A DNA stretch of 62,370 bases, filler included, from Basidioascus undulatus (GCA_000826855.1; 8 parts of 8 records of this genome joined end to end with filler, not necessarily neighbours in it), one strand, 5' to 3'; positions 1-14,107 are shown, numbered from the whole stretch's first letter. The notes: generated from the sequence alone by a model not told the origin. Translations and numbers: made by a program.

Positions 1-2566
1 CACCTCTCCCTCTTCCACCTCCTCGTCTCTTCCTTATGTATATCTCTCTCTCTGTGTACCAACCTAACGCGCGGGCGGCAGACGACTCGACCTTCCTCTC
101 CGGGATCTTCCTCGGCCTGTCAATACCGGGATTCGTCATTGGCCTGGACCGCGGTGCGTCGCATTTGTCTCCTTCCGCTCTGGCATGCCTGGAAATTGGA
201 GTTGATCGGTGAGGGATTTGGCGGTGATAGCCCTCGATCCTAGTATCCAGGCGCGCTTGCCTCAGTGGCCTGCGCTCTTGCAGATCTACGGGGCTTGCCT
301 TATACCGCCGCTGTTCGCGCTGCTCTTGTGCGTCTCCTCCCGCTCCGCACGGTTCTGCTCCTGAGGGTGCAGCTGATATGGGAATTGACGCGGTGCGCAG
401 TACTATCAACATGCACGCGTGGGTGCTGGCGCGGATCAACTACGTCTTCATCTTCGAGTTCGAGTGCGCCGTTCCTCCTCTACTTTCACAGTCTTTCATT
501 CTTCGTTACACTGAGCTAACTGAGGGGCACACGGCGGCAGCGTACGACACGTCCTGGACCACCGACAATTTGCCGAGATCCCGTCGTTCCTCATCCTTCT
601 CCTATCCTGGGTGCGCTCAGTTCCCTGCTGTGATTCTGGCAGAGCCGGAGGACACTGATGCTTGGCGCACACCAGTCGTTCTACCTCACCTTCAACCTCT
701 CCTGGCCCGATCGTGCGTCTCCCCAAACCCAAACCCAACTATCCCACATGCCTACTGGACTCATTCGGACCCGTCTCGTCCCGCCCAGAAATCGCCCCCT
801 GGGTGTGGCCCCTCGCCTGGCTCGTGACCGTCTGCGTGATCTTCCTCAACCCGCTGCCGATCTTCTTCCACCGTACGCGCTGGTGGTTCATCCGCAGCTT
901 GGCCCGCGTCGTCGCCGCGGGGGTGAAGCCCGTCGAGTTCCGGGACTTCTGTACGTCTTCCCTGGGCTTCATTTGTAGCCTGCGTGCGGCGAGTTGATGT
1001 GTGTGTGTGGGTGCGGCCAACAGTCATCGGCGACGAGCTCAACTCGGTCTACTACGCCATCTACAACCTTTTCCTCCTTGGGTGCGCGTACGACCAGGGG
1101 TGGCCGCCGAACGTGTACGGCATCTGTACGTCCCCTTTTCACCCGCTCTGTCTTCCGGTGCTGTCCGGTAACGCCGTTGTGCATGATCTCCTTAGGCAGC
1201 CCGAACCGCCACTGGCCCACGCCAGTCCTCATGTCCCTCCCCGCCCTCTCCCGTTTCTTCCAGTCCCTCCGCCGTTTCTCAGACTCCGACTTCAAGATGC
1301 GGATCCATCTCATCAACGCGGGGAAATACGCGTCGTCCATTATTACCTTTTTGTGAGTGGCGTGGCTGAGATGCCCAGACGGTTGGCTTACGAAGCTCGT
1401 GCCTCCTGGAAGCTTCTACTTTTGCTGGCGCTATCACGGTACGCGCATGTCCGCGTGCCGACCATAGTGCTTATGCAGGCGTGTGCTGATCTTTGTCGTG
1501 AGCGGGCCGCAGGCACCCGACACGACGACGAGTGGTTCGCGCTCTTCATCGTCTTCTCGACCATCAGCTCCTTCTATACCTGCAGTTGGGTAGGTACTTT
1601 TGTGCACTGGTTCTTGTCCAGGTGGAACGTATTATTGACTGCGAGTCGACGGGCACGTAGGACCTCCTCATGGACTGGTCGCTCTTGCAGCGGGGCGCCA
1701 AGTACCCCTTGCTCCGGAATGAGCTGGCATACGATTTCGTGCCTGTAAGCTGCTCCTTCCATTTCCGATCCGAAGGGCGGTGCACAATTTCGATGCTGAC
1801 GTACGCTTTCCGTGCGTAGGCTTACTATTTCGCTATGGTTCGTCGAGCTTGAGTCGTTGTTGATTTGACGCGGGTCCCTGACTCATACCCGCTCTCCAGT
1901 TCTCGAACATAATTATTCGCTTCATCTGGGTTTGGTACCTCCCGCCCGGAGGACTGTCGCTCAACGTCCGCGCATGGATCTTCGCCATGCTCGAGATGCT
2001 GCGTCGGTGGCAGTGGAACTTCTGTGCATACCGCAGTCTTTTTTCAGGCGTCACTCATTCCCCGCTGACTCGACACTTTTAATGAACTGCCAGTCCGAGT
2101 GGAGAACGAACACCTCGGCAACGTGGACGCCTACCGCGTTATGCGGGACGTCTCTCTCCCGTACCACCCGTCGCAGACAGGCGTGTCCGAGCGCCCTGCC
2201 TCGCCCGCGTCCGACATATCGAAGACCGAAGGGCGGCCGACCGCGCGGCGCATGCTGTCCGGCCAGCGGGCCGAGGGCGGCGCGCGCGGCCGCCCCGCTG
2301 CGAAGGACTACGAGCGCAAGCGGCACCCTGCGGAGGAGGACAGCGATGAGGAGGAGGACGACAGCGGGGACAGCCCGGCGGAGGAGATTCCCGATGGGCG
2401 TGGAGACGAAGAGGAAGAGCGGCAGCGGCAGCGGGCGCGGGAGCGCTCGGGAGCAAGAAGCAGGCATGGGGACGAGATGGAGCGCGGGGTGGACAGCGGG
2501 GATGCCAGCTCGAGCGAGTTGCACTTCGTTGGGGAGAGACCAGCGGCGTTCGATGAAGGGAAATGA
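1..2566 (+). CDS. EXS-domain membrane protein (SYG1/XPR1/ERD1 family), multi-exon, 5' part missing
   Basis: Spliced peptides INYVFIFEF, VEFRDF..GDELNS, HLINAGKY, YTCSWDLLMDWSL, LEMLRRWQWNF, RVENEHLGNVDAYRVMRDVSLPY match EXS family motifs. Acidic tail ends at TGA 2564-2566. Confidence 0.9.
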
Positions 2567-2739
2567 GTAGATCTTACTGGGTTATTTTCATTGGAGTAAT
2601 CGTATTATCGTGCATTTCGTTATTGGGTCATTGAGCGGCTATTCTATTGACGGCACTGATGGTGAGCGAAACCATCCTTTCACGAATGCACTTGCGCGTA
2701 TAATGTAGGTATCCGGTTGTCCATGTTCAAAAATATGTG

Positions 2740-4147
2740 TCACAGCTTCGACCTGGGCTGCTCGTCCTCGTTCCCGCCTTGCAGCCCTCCCAAATCCTTC
2801 ACCGGCCCGACACTCAACTCCGCATCGAGGCCTTGCCCACTGCCCACTCCTCGGCGGACGATAGCGAGTGTCATCGTCTGCCCCTTCCCGTCCTTGACGA
2901 TGCCCGGAACGACCTTGTCCACCGGCATTGCCATGCCCCTGTTTAGCGCCCCCGGCTTGCCGGCACTGCCAGCGTACAGGTGGTCGCCCGGGTAAAGCAG
3001 GACGGTCTGGGCCGAAGACAGGCGGTGCGGGCGCGGCGCGAACGTCTGCACGTTCGGTTCGCGCTCCCTCGCTGCGTGCATTAGCGCTGAGTGATTCGCG
3101 AAGACCGCGAGTTCGGCGAGAATGTACGCCTGAGGCGGGTACAGCACGCCCCCGCCCAGCCCGGGTTCCCAGCCCGCGGGGACGGGCAGGCTCGGCGGAA
3201 GCGCGCGCTGGAGGGCCTCGCGAGGGGAGAAGAACGCGAGCTCGACGGCTTCCTGCCCGTCGGAGGCGAACCCGCGGGCATCGGCCGCGAGGTCTGAGCG
3301 AGGGAGGCGGGAGATGAAGAACTGCGTGTCGAAGCGCTTGGGCAGCCCAGGCGGGGTGACCTGTTGGAGACAAGTTGCTACTTCAGCGGCCGAACAGCTC
3401 AGACGAAGAGCGCCGCACCCACCCAGTTGGCGAAGCGGGTAAGGGAGGAGAGGGCGGGTTTTAGGGAGTGTTGTGAGAGTAAATAGGGAAAGGTGGAGGC
3501 GGAGGTGTGGACTGTGGTACGCTCGGTGGAGAGGGATGCAGGGGGAGGAGGTGCCGGGATTGTCAAGAGGAGGCCCGACTCTTCGAATGTCTGTCGTCGG
3601 GAGACAGGCATTATAAGTCTTGTGTACATAAGCTCACGTTGGGAGAGCATACCTCTCGAATAGCACAGATCTTGGTAGTCAGGAAGGGGTCGCTCGCCGC
3701 CTCTGCGTCTACGACCGGCATCCAGAGCTCGCTGTCCGAATCGGCCTTGTCGCAATTGCCGCCTCTGTAATGTGGCTGTCAGAGTCGAGTCCATGGAGGG
3801 ATGTAACCTTTTGCTTACGGGAATACCCAGCCGCTGGCGAAGGAGCTGCCGGTGCGAGACGTCCTCCGAAGCATCATGACCTGAAAGTCGCACCCGTCCG
3901 GGCCGGGCTCAGGGAGCGGGCATATGACGATAAGACTGTGCAATTTTGAGCATTACCTAGAGACTTTGTAAGGTGTGGCCGTATCAGATGGAACTGACCT
4001 GGCCGAAGGAGACGGTGTTACCCCCTTCTTGACTGAGGGCTTCGGCGAATTCGAGGACATGCGAGCTGCGATGATGAGGTTCGAAGTTGATTTGAACAGC
4101 GAGGTAGACGGGCGCGCCAAGAGTGTGAGCAGTGAGTGGGAGCGCAT
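2740..4147 (-). CDS. Nudix hydrolase, NUDT19-like (acyl-CoA diphosphatase type)
   Basis: Spliced WVFPGGNCDKAD...KICAIRETFEESGLLL Nudix box, FANWVTPPGLPKRFDTQFF, LYPPQAYIL, LYPGDHLY. C-terminus ...PRSKL*. In-frame ATGs at 4147 and 4060. Confidence 0.85.
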
Positions 4148-4581
4148 GAATGGTGATGTTCTTGGGAGATGGATCTGGTGACCTGCACACCGGCGAGCAG
4201 GTCGCCGACGATGACTGGCGAGAGGCAAGGGAGGCAGCCTCGCATCGTCCGGCTCAAAACGGCCCGGAATGGCCGAGTTGCCGGTCCACTGTAGACACTG
4301 CGCATGTAGCCATGGGCGTTCTGAGAAGTCTTCGATGCTCCTTGAAATGACACAGGTTGAACCTACTAATGGAAGACAGCGTTCGATTGTGGGGCAAGCG
4401 TGGAGGAGGCGGCTTCTGAGAGCTGAGCAAGCGCTGAACGGTCCAAAACGGCTGAACGGCGAGCTGCTCGTTGACACTCCGGACTACCTGTTCCCGTTGT
4501 TTAAATAAACCTGATCACCGTGTACCAGACTGAAATTGAAACATTCTGGGTATCTATTGGTCTCGACAACTTCGCACGGAA

Positions 4582-7500
4582 TCAAAGTCCCTTCCACAGC
4601 TCCGTCTCCTTCACCTCGACATCGACAGAGAGCTTCACGTCCTCCGAGCTGGCGGCGGCCTGCAGCTCGTAAACACCCTTCTCGGCGACCCATCCGTCCT
4701 TGCGCTCATGGTAGAACGCGAACGCATCGCGCTGGAGACAGAGCTCGAGAGTCTCACTCTTTCCCGGCTCCAGCAGCGCCGTCTTGCCGAACGCCTTCAG
4801 CTCGCGTACGGGCCGGGCGATGGAGGGCGAACGGTGGTTAACGTAGAGCTGGACAACTCTGATATGGCGGGAGAGAGAAACAGTCAGAAAAACGCCTCTG
4901 GTACCTTATGAAAAGCCCAGCGACGTACTCCCGGGCCGCAACCTTTCCGGTGTTGGTGACCTTGACGGAAACACGGACGCCGTCGGAAGCCTTGAACGAC
5001 TTCGCATAGGCCTGAAGATCCGAATACTCGGAAGTGGAGTACGTCAGTCCGTAACCGAACGGGAACAGCGGTTTCTTGTTGGTCGTAGTGTACTAGATAG
5101 CGTAGATCGGATCAGTGTTTGTGCAGTATGATCGCGAAAACGCTGCGAAACTAGCACACGTACGTGGCGGTAGCCGACGTGGACGCCCTCGGCGTAGAAG
5201 ACCTTGCCGTTCTCGCCAGGGCTGTTTTTAGATCATCTCAGTCAGTCATGTCAACATTTGGAGCGAAAGTGACATGAGAAGACCGCACAAGTTCAAGTGG
5301 GACGGCACGTCTTCGAGACGTTCAGGGAAAGTGAGCGACAGCTACAAGTCTGACAATCAGCATTCACTCAGACTGACAGCTCCCTCACGGGCATACCTTC
5401 GCACTTGGTCCACGAATGTTGAACAGCGTGTCGGCGAGACCGTGACCGACCTGCACTTCAATAGTAAGCTCGAGTCGGCCTAGGCTGGCCAGGCTGTCCT
5501 TCTTTCAGCGCACCTCGTTTCCGCCATAGAAAGACTGCACAATTGCCGGTGCCCTGTGTCATGCCGTCGTGAGCTTGCAGCCACCTTGCTATAAGACATC
5601 AGCAAGCGTACTTGTCGGCCCAAGGCATGGCAACGCTCGAGCCCGTCTGCACCACCACGACCGTCTTGGGGTTAGCAGCCAGAACAGCCTCGATGAGCTG
5701 GTCCGTGCCGCCGGGAAGATCAATGTCGCGGCGGTCAAAGCCTAAAAATGTGTGCGTGCGTTAAGATCGCAGGAGTATGCAACATAAGTTGAATCCATAG
5801 GCGCACCTTCGGACTCGAGCTCTGTGTAGGAACAGGGACGTTAGGGACCTGATCAGGGGTAGATTATGCCAGGAAGCGACTCGCCATGGTTAAGCCCGAT
5901 GACAACAACCGCAACATCTGCCTCCTTGGCCGTCTTGACGGCCTCCGCGATACCCTCCTTCTCGTCAAGTACCTTGCGGGCACCGAGGCGGACGCTGTGG
6001 AAAGGTCTTTCAGAACGAAGGGCGGCGCAAGCACGAATAATATCTTGCGCGTACGCTCCGTGGCTCATGAAAGCCACTGCCATTCCGGAAGCGGCGATCG
6101 TCGTGAAGTGCACTTTGAGCTTGTACTGCTTCCCACCCTCAACATCGACCGAGCTGTCGCGGGAGGTTAAGTATGAATCCCGTACACAGCGCAAATAACA
6201 GAGGAACATACCTGAGGACCTCCTCGGAACCATTCCCGAAAAAGAGATCTCCCTTCGGTACCCCATCGGTGTCAGCAATCAACCTGAAACAAATACTTCA
6301 GCAAGTGTCCAGAATGCCCAGTATCGCCATTTGAAGCCGCTCAACGTACTTGTCGTTGATGTACAGCTGTGCGGTGCCGGACACCGCGACTCCCAAGTTC
6401 CATTTCCCGCTGGAAGCAGGCGTCCACTTGCCCGTGAGAGTTGCCCACGCCGCCTTCGGAACTGTGTGACTCAGTGAGCTCAAGCCTAAGGTCAAGCAAG
6501 AGAAATAGCTGGTACGTACCGAAAGACGGCACGCCGTCGTAGAACGTAGCGTTCGTCGAGACACTGCGATTCGCAAGCCGTTAGTAGCTGTCGAGACAGC
6601 AATAAACAAAGTGTAACGACCGACGATTTCTGGCGATGCAGCTCCTTGGTGCGTCTGGCGTCTGCGTACCACACCATATCGACACCCTCCTCGCCGTTGG
6701 CGTCGACGATGTGGCCGTCCTGAAATCTCGTGAGGTCAGAAGGGCAATCTAGCTGAGTCAGCGGGTAATACATCACGCACGAGCAAATCAGTCAACTGCG
6801 AGGCATACAGGCCTTGGGCGAAGGTAACCTCCGAATCCTTGCCAACGGCCGCACGGATTCCCTCAAGCGGGGAAACAGCGCGGTAGGGCCGCATGGATGC
6901 CGACCCACCGCCGGAGATGATGGCGATCTCCGCGTTCGGTCCAATGACGGCGATCTTCTTGGTTGAGGGCGCCAGAGGCAAAAGGCCACGGTCGTTCTTG
7001 AGGAGGACGTTCGAGTCCTAATGCCAATGAAGGCGGATCAGCGGCATCACAATTAGATTCGTTAACCGTTTAGTCTCACCGCCGCAGCCTCCCGAAGAAG
7101 AGCACGGGTCTCAGCCGTGTCGTTGCCCAGCTCGTCCGCGTCCTCTGGCACGCCGTTCGGCTGGACGCGGTTGATGAGTTTGAGGACTTCGCGCACGCGA
7201 GCATCGATGTGCTCGGGGAAGAGCTCCTGCCTGTTTCAGGGACCCCACCGTCATCCGGCTTGTGGAAGACGAGTTAAATGGATCTGAGACGCACGAGGTG
7301 AGGTCGCGGTGGAGCACGGGGCCGCGGTACGTTGTCTGCATGACAATCGCTTTAGTTGGAGCGGCCTCCCGCTATTTCAACAGGAAGGAACGTACAGGGC
7401 CCGGCATTTCAAGATCCTTGAGTGAGGCATCAATGAGCGGAGGATGCGTTTGCGATTGAAAGACCCAGACTTACCAGTCCAGCCTTGACCGCGAGAGCGC

Positions 7501-8967
7501 CGCTGTATGTGCCGTACCAGTCTATTCGCCAACGTCAGTTGCTAACCGAGAGTGAGCAAGACAACCAGGCCACGCACCAGACATGACCAGCCTTTGTTTT
7601 CAAAAAGTCAGTACCGGGTCCTGGCAATTGACGGGCTGACGGATGCACCCCTCCCAGCCCCACTCCCTGCGCAGTACGTCCTCCAGCAGGCGCTTGTTGT
7701 GGCTGGCGTGCAGGCCGTTAACGCGGTTGTATGCAGTCTGCTGCGTCGGACCGAACGTTTAATATGAGCAAGAGGGGTATAATGCGCAGCAGAAAGGACC
7801 TACAAGGCCCAGACCTTCGACTCCCGCACGACGATCCGGAAAGGCTCGAGGTAGATCTCGCGCAAGGCACGCTCCGAGAGCTCGGCTGTGTTGAGCTTTC
7901 GTGTAAACGTTCCTGACATCAAAGAGAGCGCAAAAGATGACTCACAAGACACGCTCATTCGCTCCGTTTCGGCATCGTTGGTCACCTGTTCTACCTCTCA
8001 GCTTACCGCCGCTAACCTCGGTCGAGGTTGACACATACGTAGTGTTCTGTGTCAAGAGGGCGGCCTAAGCGAGTTATCCAAGAGCTCAAGGTTGGATTTA
8101 AATGCGTACTAATCGTCCCAGCGACTCCCTCAGCTTGCAAGCCGTTCACGACAGCTGCCGCGAACTTCCCGGAAAGAAAGGGGTCCTCAGAGTACGACTC
8201 GAAAGAGCGACCGCCAAGAGGGGAGCCTGCGACGGAGTCTGCCTGTCAGACCTGAGCCAGAGGCGGCAATTAATTGACAGAAAGCTAACGCTGAATGTTC
8301 ACGGTGGGCCTGAGGATCGTTTGTGAGCATGGTGGACCACAGTACCGCAAACCGCGAAGGCGCACCCGAGCAGTACATGGGCGCCTTTGGCCTTCGACTC
8401 GGCACCGAGTGCGTGTCCGACCTTTTTCGCCAGTTCAAGGTCGAAGCTGGATGGTAAGAGATGTTGAGCTGAACACCGAGCGATTACCAAGTAAAACGCC
8501 AGCGTACCTTGACGCGAGCCCGGTCGCACATGGGAAGCAGCCAGAGCTATCTCCTCCCTGTCAGCGTCGAGCATGAATCAAAAATTAAACTCATACGAAC
8601 GGTACCCCGTTAAAGACTGCAGGTGCTCCGCACTGTCAGTCAACATCTATGGCGGGTTGTGCAAGGACGTACACCTCGTGCCTCGCGCACCGTTGGGGCC
8701 GTCTGTGAGACGGATGGAGGGGATTCCGAGCCGCTCGACAGGCACGGTATGCCACTGGAATGACAATTCTACATCAGCGCGCTTCAGTGGCGTCAGAAAG
8801 TACACGACACACCATGTCCCTGCCCGCAAGCAAAGCGACCTGACGTCATTTACCGCCATCAGCGCACGACCCTAAGGAGGAGGTTGATGAAGAGCCACCT
8901 TCTCAGGTATGGTAAGCTCTGAAAGAAGCTTATCGACATCGAGCTGCTTGAAAGGCTTGGGGACCAT
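4582..8967 (-). CDS. GH3 beta-glucosidase with PA14 insert and C-terminal FN3-like domain; no signal peptide seen
   Basis: [53 protein letters not shown] nucleophile motif, [34 protein letters not shown]. About 25 short introns. Stop after WKGL at 4582-4584. Confidence 0.93.
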
Positions 8968-11132
8968 GGTGAGTATCGTTAGGCGCGGTGAGGAAGAAGA
9001 CGATGGTGGTTCAGGAGAGGGAAAGTATGGGCCGGATCCGCCTTATTGTTGGCGTGAGGCACATGGGCTGTCAACCCAGCTCGGCGTTTTGGAACCTCCC
9101 TCTTGCTGTTTCCCATCTTGAGCAGCAAATATTGATGCAGGCTTACAGGGGCGGTGACCGCGTCCTCGGCGCATTTCAGGTTCTCGGGCATGCTGCATTG
9201 GGCAAGTCCGTATCAGTCGCTTGCAACTGCCCGCGCGCAAAACACCGGCGGAAAAAAACGCCGGTGCTTCAGCTGATCGCTTCTGACTTGTCTTTGCGCC
9301 GAGGCGGTGTCGGGAAGTTCAGTTGTGATTGTTTAATAGATTACTACGGTAAACGAGTATCGGGCTTGGAAGTCTTGGAAAAGTGACCTGAAGGCTGACA
9401 GACCGCCAGGCGGCCGACCGGCAAGGCAAGGAGGCGTCGCCGCACTCAACATGAACTTGAAGTGAGGGTGGGTGCGCGGACCCGCGGCACCGAATAAGTA
9501 TGTTGTTATGGAACAACTTAGGATGCCCCACGCATATCACACAGCGGCCGAATGCTCTTTCTTGAACGGGGCTTCCATACGTTATGGAAGCTTCGTACAG
9601 ACGACAAGGCGTGCAAGGTCTGTAGGGTGTTGTATCGCCACTGGAGGACTTCCCGTAGGCCAGATTGCCAGAATAGCGGCGCTAGATGAAAACGGCGGAA
9701 AGGGGTGAAATCTGTCAGCTCTACCGCACGACACGAAAAGTCAGCCAGATTGCCAGTCTGGCACGAGTGTCTGCGTCTGGCCACCGGTCATGTATCGTAG
9801 CTTGCAGTACATGAGGCAGTCTTGCCGCCGCTCGGAGGATCCGCCAGCCGTCCAAAAGTGATCTGGCGGTGCTGTTAAGCAACTAGGGAGGGGTCGACCC
9901 CCTCTCCAGATTCGGTGATTCGGAGGACCTCTGACCACGGGGTCGCTGTCACTTACGGTCCTCCAGACCCTTCAAGTGCGCATTCTAGCACCGCTAAACA
10001 AGAATCTAGCCTCCGGGAAGTCCTCCACTATCGTGTGCCTCTCATTCTTTGCAACCTCTTCAGAAACAATACACCGGTGAAAACACCGATGGCTCATGGT
10101 CACCAGGTGGCAGGAGCACGCAACCATCACTGTCCCATTTCGTCTTGATAATGTGGCCGGTGCAGCCGGAAAGGAAAGTTACGAGGACCACTGCACTTGC
10201 ATGATCGAGCCTCACAGGAGAAAGGGTAAGTAATGCTGTGTAACAGCTCGGAGATTTTGGTCAGTTCAAGGCTCCAGCACATGTACGCACGCCGAAAGCT
10301 AGAAGACACACCGGCGGGCAACTTCCGACCGGATATAAGATGTCACTTTCTTACATAAAAGCCAGAGGTAATAATTGTGGATTTTTGGGCCTTAAAGTAA
10401 CTCCCACAGGTCGGCGAGGCCTGAAGAGTCAAGACACCAAGACGAAGCTGCTGTGGAAACCCTTTGCAGGCGGCTACAACAGGTCTGCCCGACGCTAGCC
10501 TTCGCCGGGACTTGATATCTTTACATGACCCTGACAGCACCCACTGCGAACTTTCGAGACACATTAACCGTCCTCCTTCCCAAGATGTGCATTGAAGGTT
10601 GTAAGATCTGCTATCCGCACCAAGGAGTGCTGCTGGGGGTGCAAGGCATGCCTGCCCAAACAAGTTGTCCAGAGTTTAATGTTTCAACGGACTCTGGAGC
10701 ACCGCATTGAGGAGAAGGAAGGTAGCCAAGTTCCGACTGGACTTCATAGCGAAGTATGGCGTCACTGAGGGCGACTTATGGGGGCTCCCTACCGCTGCGG
10801 AGCTCCAACTGCGTTGAAGGTACACTCCGACCCCAGCCCACCTGTGACCTACCCGCAGACGTCGCCCAGCACCCGCCCCGAGACAGCGGGCGTATTCTTC
10901 CAATTACTTGTTAAAGCCTTGATAAAGACCAGGTTTGTGGCACTACAAGGCACGGCCGGCTGTGGGCGGCTGCAGCTGCTTTTGGCTGCTTCTGCTATGC
11001 GTCCGCGGATACCGGGACGTTTCCGTCTCCTTCGCACGTGTCAGTGTCGTCGGGCTGTCGGGCTGTCCCTGGTCGTCTTGCACACCCCCACCACTCTCTC
11101 CCAAATCACAATTCCATACGCCCGATTCCAGC

Positions 11133-12090
11133 ATGTCCTACCCACCCGATTCCGAGTCGGATCCATTCCTTTCCCTGCTCTCGCTCCTCTCCCAGACCCT
11201 CCAATCAGCGCAGTCCACGCTCTCGTCGCACCGGCGCATCGCGCTCACCCTCCCCGGGCACTTGCACTCCACCTCGCCCGAGCTAGCGCAGACTCGACAG
11301 GAGCTCGAGGAGCTGCTCGAGGCTGCCGAGGGCGATTTGGCGGACCTCGAGGGCGTTGTGGACGTGTTGGAACGGGAGGGCGAGAGCGGACGGTGGTGCT
11401 TAGGCCGGGAGGAGGTTGAGCGGAGACGGAGAGAGGTACAGAGATTGAAGGGGGAGATTGAGGTGCGTGAAATAATCACCACGTCTTGGAGCGATCATAG
11501 TTTTACGTCCCTTAATCCCCGATGCAGCAAATTCGACGAGCCTTAGCTCTACCGTCCTCCTCCGCACCACAGGCGTCTTCTCAACCATCAACCTATCCCC
11601 CACAACCCCCCTCCTCCCCGCACCCACCTCCAACAGACGATGTAGCCGAATGGGAGCGTCAACAGACGCAAGTGTACATGCGCGAGCAGGACGACACGCT
11701 CGACACGATCCACGGCACGCTGGGCACGATCCGCGAGCAGGCCAACCTCATGGGCCGCGAGATCGGGGAGCAGAACATGTGCGTATCTCCGGGCTCCGCT
11801 GGAAATTTCTTGCAAAAGTTAATCTTTTCGGAACTCCGTGTCCGAAGAATGCTGGGAGAGGTGGATGAGGCTGTCGATCGGACGGAGAACAAGTTGGATT
11901 CCGCAATGCGGAAAATGAAGCGGTTTGTGAGGGAACAAGAAGGTGCGTAACGCGCCATGCGCGGAACGAGGCAGCGATGAACGGTCGAAGTTTACGCTGG
12001 CATTGTTTCGCAGACACGAAATCATCATGCTGCATTGGCATTTTGATAGTCATCCTCATTGCCCTGTTACTCGCAGTCATCCTCATTTGA
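11133..12090 (+). CDS. TLG1: Qc t-SNARE, syntaxin-6/Tlg1 type
   Basis: N-terminal helical domain (DPF...DLADLEGVVDVLE...EVERRRREV), SNARE motif YMREQDDTLDTIHGTLGTIREQANLMGREIGEQN..MLGEVDEAVDRTENKL, C-terminal TM helix CIGILIVILIALLLAVILI*. Confidence 0.82.
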
Positions 12091-13199
12091 TTTTACATGT
12101 TGAAAAGTTCCACCGAGCCGGTTTCCTCTCCGGATATTTGAGCTGCTGTTCGAAAGCGCGGTCGTGCAGGGCTACTGAAGGGTCGAGCTGATATCAGCCC
12201 GCGCGCGCCTGGGGGCGAGCAGTCTGGCATCGACCAAATTTTATTCCGAGTTCCGGGACGTCCAAGACACAGATATAACACGACGTCATGTTTGTTACAG
12301 TAGCAGGAGGACGACAAAGGCGCGTGACAGTCTAGAAGTGGGATTGCGTCGACGTCGCGACGCTGCTTGATAGTGTTTATGCGGCATGTGCGATCTTATG
12401 TCTCAAAGATATACATACTAATCACTCCTTTTCTTTTGAGGCGACAGTGCCGGCTGTACACCATGAGATGTTGTTGAATGCCGCACGTTGGGAACCCCCC
12501 CACACTCACAGGCTCGTGCAGGCTCGCCTCTGCTCGTTCGTCGACAGCGATCCATCCTTCAATTGGCCATACATGCATCAGATTGCTTTTATGTCCGGTA
12601 GGCACTCAGGAAGGTTTGGAGAATGATCGCTAAGGTCTTCTTACGTAAGAACACTAACGACAAAACGCGCGGACATTGCCCGACGGTGGCTTGACCTTGA
12701 CCTTCACCTGAACTTCCTTCCCTCCAAAAACCAAGATCACTACCATCGTTTGTTTATCCGCGGTCTTTGCGTCACGTAATTGCCGTGATGGTAAGTACCC
12801 CATGTCCGTCAGCCACTGTGCTTCGGTTATTGAGCATTCGACTTGCAAATGCTCGCAGGACCTCACCGCCCGTCTACCAAACGAGGCGCTCATTTTCAAG
12901 GCTGTGATTATGAATGCATCGATCCCGAATAAGCATAACCGTGTCCATACTCTTTTGCGCGTGTCGAAGCGCTGGAATGTGTGTCTTTTCCTAGGCCTGT
13001 TCCCTCGCCCATTTTCTAGCTTAGCGAGATCCGACAGACCCTCGCCACTCGGTTCATCTACACCTCTCTAATTCTGCAACCTCGGCACCTCGAGAAGCTG
13101 TCCGAAAGTCTGCAAAGGCGTCGGAACATGGGGACCCGTACGGACGGCACGTACGGAGCCTCGAGATCAGGTCCGGACTGCCGCCCACCGACCCTGCGC

Positions 13200-14107
13200 A
13201 ATCAACAACCTCGCACGCCGTACCGGCGGAGCAACTCCTCTCGATCATTCCGCTCCTGACAGGCCTCGAATCCCTTATGCTCGGCACATCGATCGACCAG
13301 CCTTTCGTAGCCGTACTCGGACTCACGAGCCCCTTCACATCTTCCCTTCGGAGCTTGGACGTCCTGGTGTCCTGCTCCCCAAGCGCAGCTGCGCAATATA
13401 TCTCTCGGTCTACTTCCCTCACATGGCTCAAGATTTCGTTCGACTGTCCGGCTGGCATTATCGACGCCGGACGCGGCTCACTCGTCATACCCGCCCTCCG
13501 CTCGTGCCATGTTGCGATTCATCCCGGCGAGTCTACGCATATCGCGGCCCACATTCTCCGTCTTCTCGCGCGCTCAAACATTGCAGTGTTCGATACACTC
13601 ATCATTCACTCGCTTGTTACTCCTCACTTGCTCGACGCTTGTCTCCGCTCGATCGGTCGTCCGCTGAATGGCTCTGCCTGGCCTGGTTGGACGGGGATGT
13701 GCCCGTCCCACCGTTGGTAGAGATCTGCCCCTGTCTTCGTCACTTTGTATTTCGGGCACCGGAGTATCGCCGCGCTTCGTCATCCCACACTCGAGGCACT
13801 GGAAATGTCGTCCAGGCCAGAGGACGAGGTTGAATAGCAGGCGATGGTCGTGAATATCCGGAACCTCGATCTTTCGTGCTTACCGTCGCTCAAGTATATC
13901 CACGGTGCTGTGGCCGATCTCGTCCTACAGGACCAGGAGCGAAGTAACAATGTAGACGAGTACACGACCGAAACTATCGCGCTCGCTTGTGATCGGAAAG
14001 GCCTTATCTTCGTCGACGGCTGGGGACAAAAGATACAGATTGCGGAGACATCATGGCTTGCGATTTTAACTCATGTCGGACGGGATGTGCTGGGACGAGC
14101 ACCGTAA
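13200..14107 (+). pseudogene. Disrupted leucine-rich (RNI/F-box-LRR-like) protein, paralogue A
   Basis: SLRSLDV, ISFDCPAGIIDAGRGSLVIPALRS and IRNLDLSCLPSLK motifs. Frameshift near 13667 (PL|EWLCLAWLDGDVP lies in another frame). Aligns by eye with 16360-17050. Confidence 0.55.

Noticed and set aside
9300..10900. ORFs in the GH3-SNARE intergenic region
   Set aside because: No family motifs and no coherent splice model.
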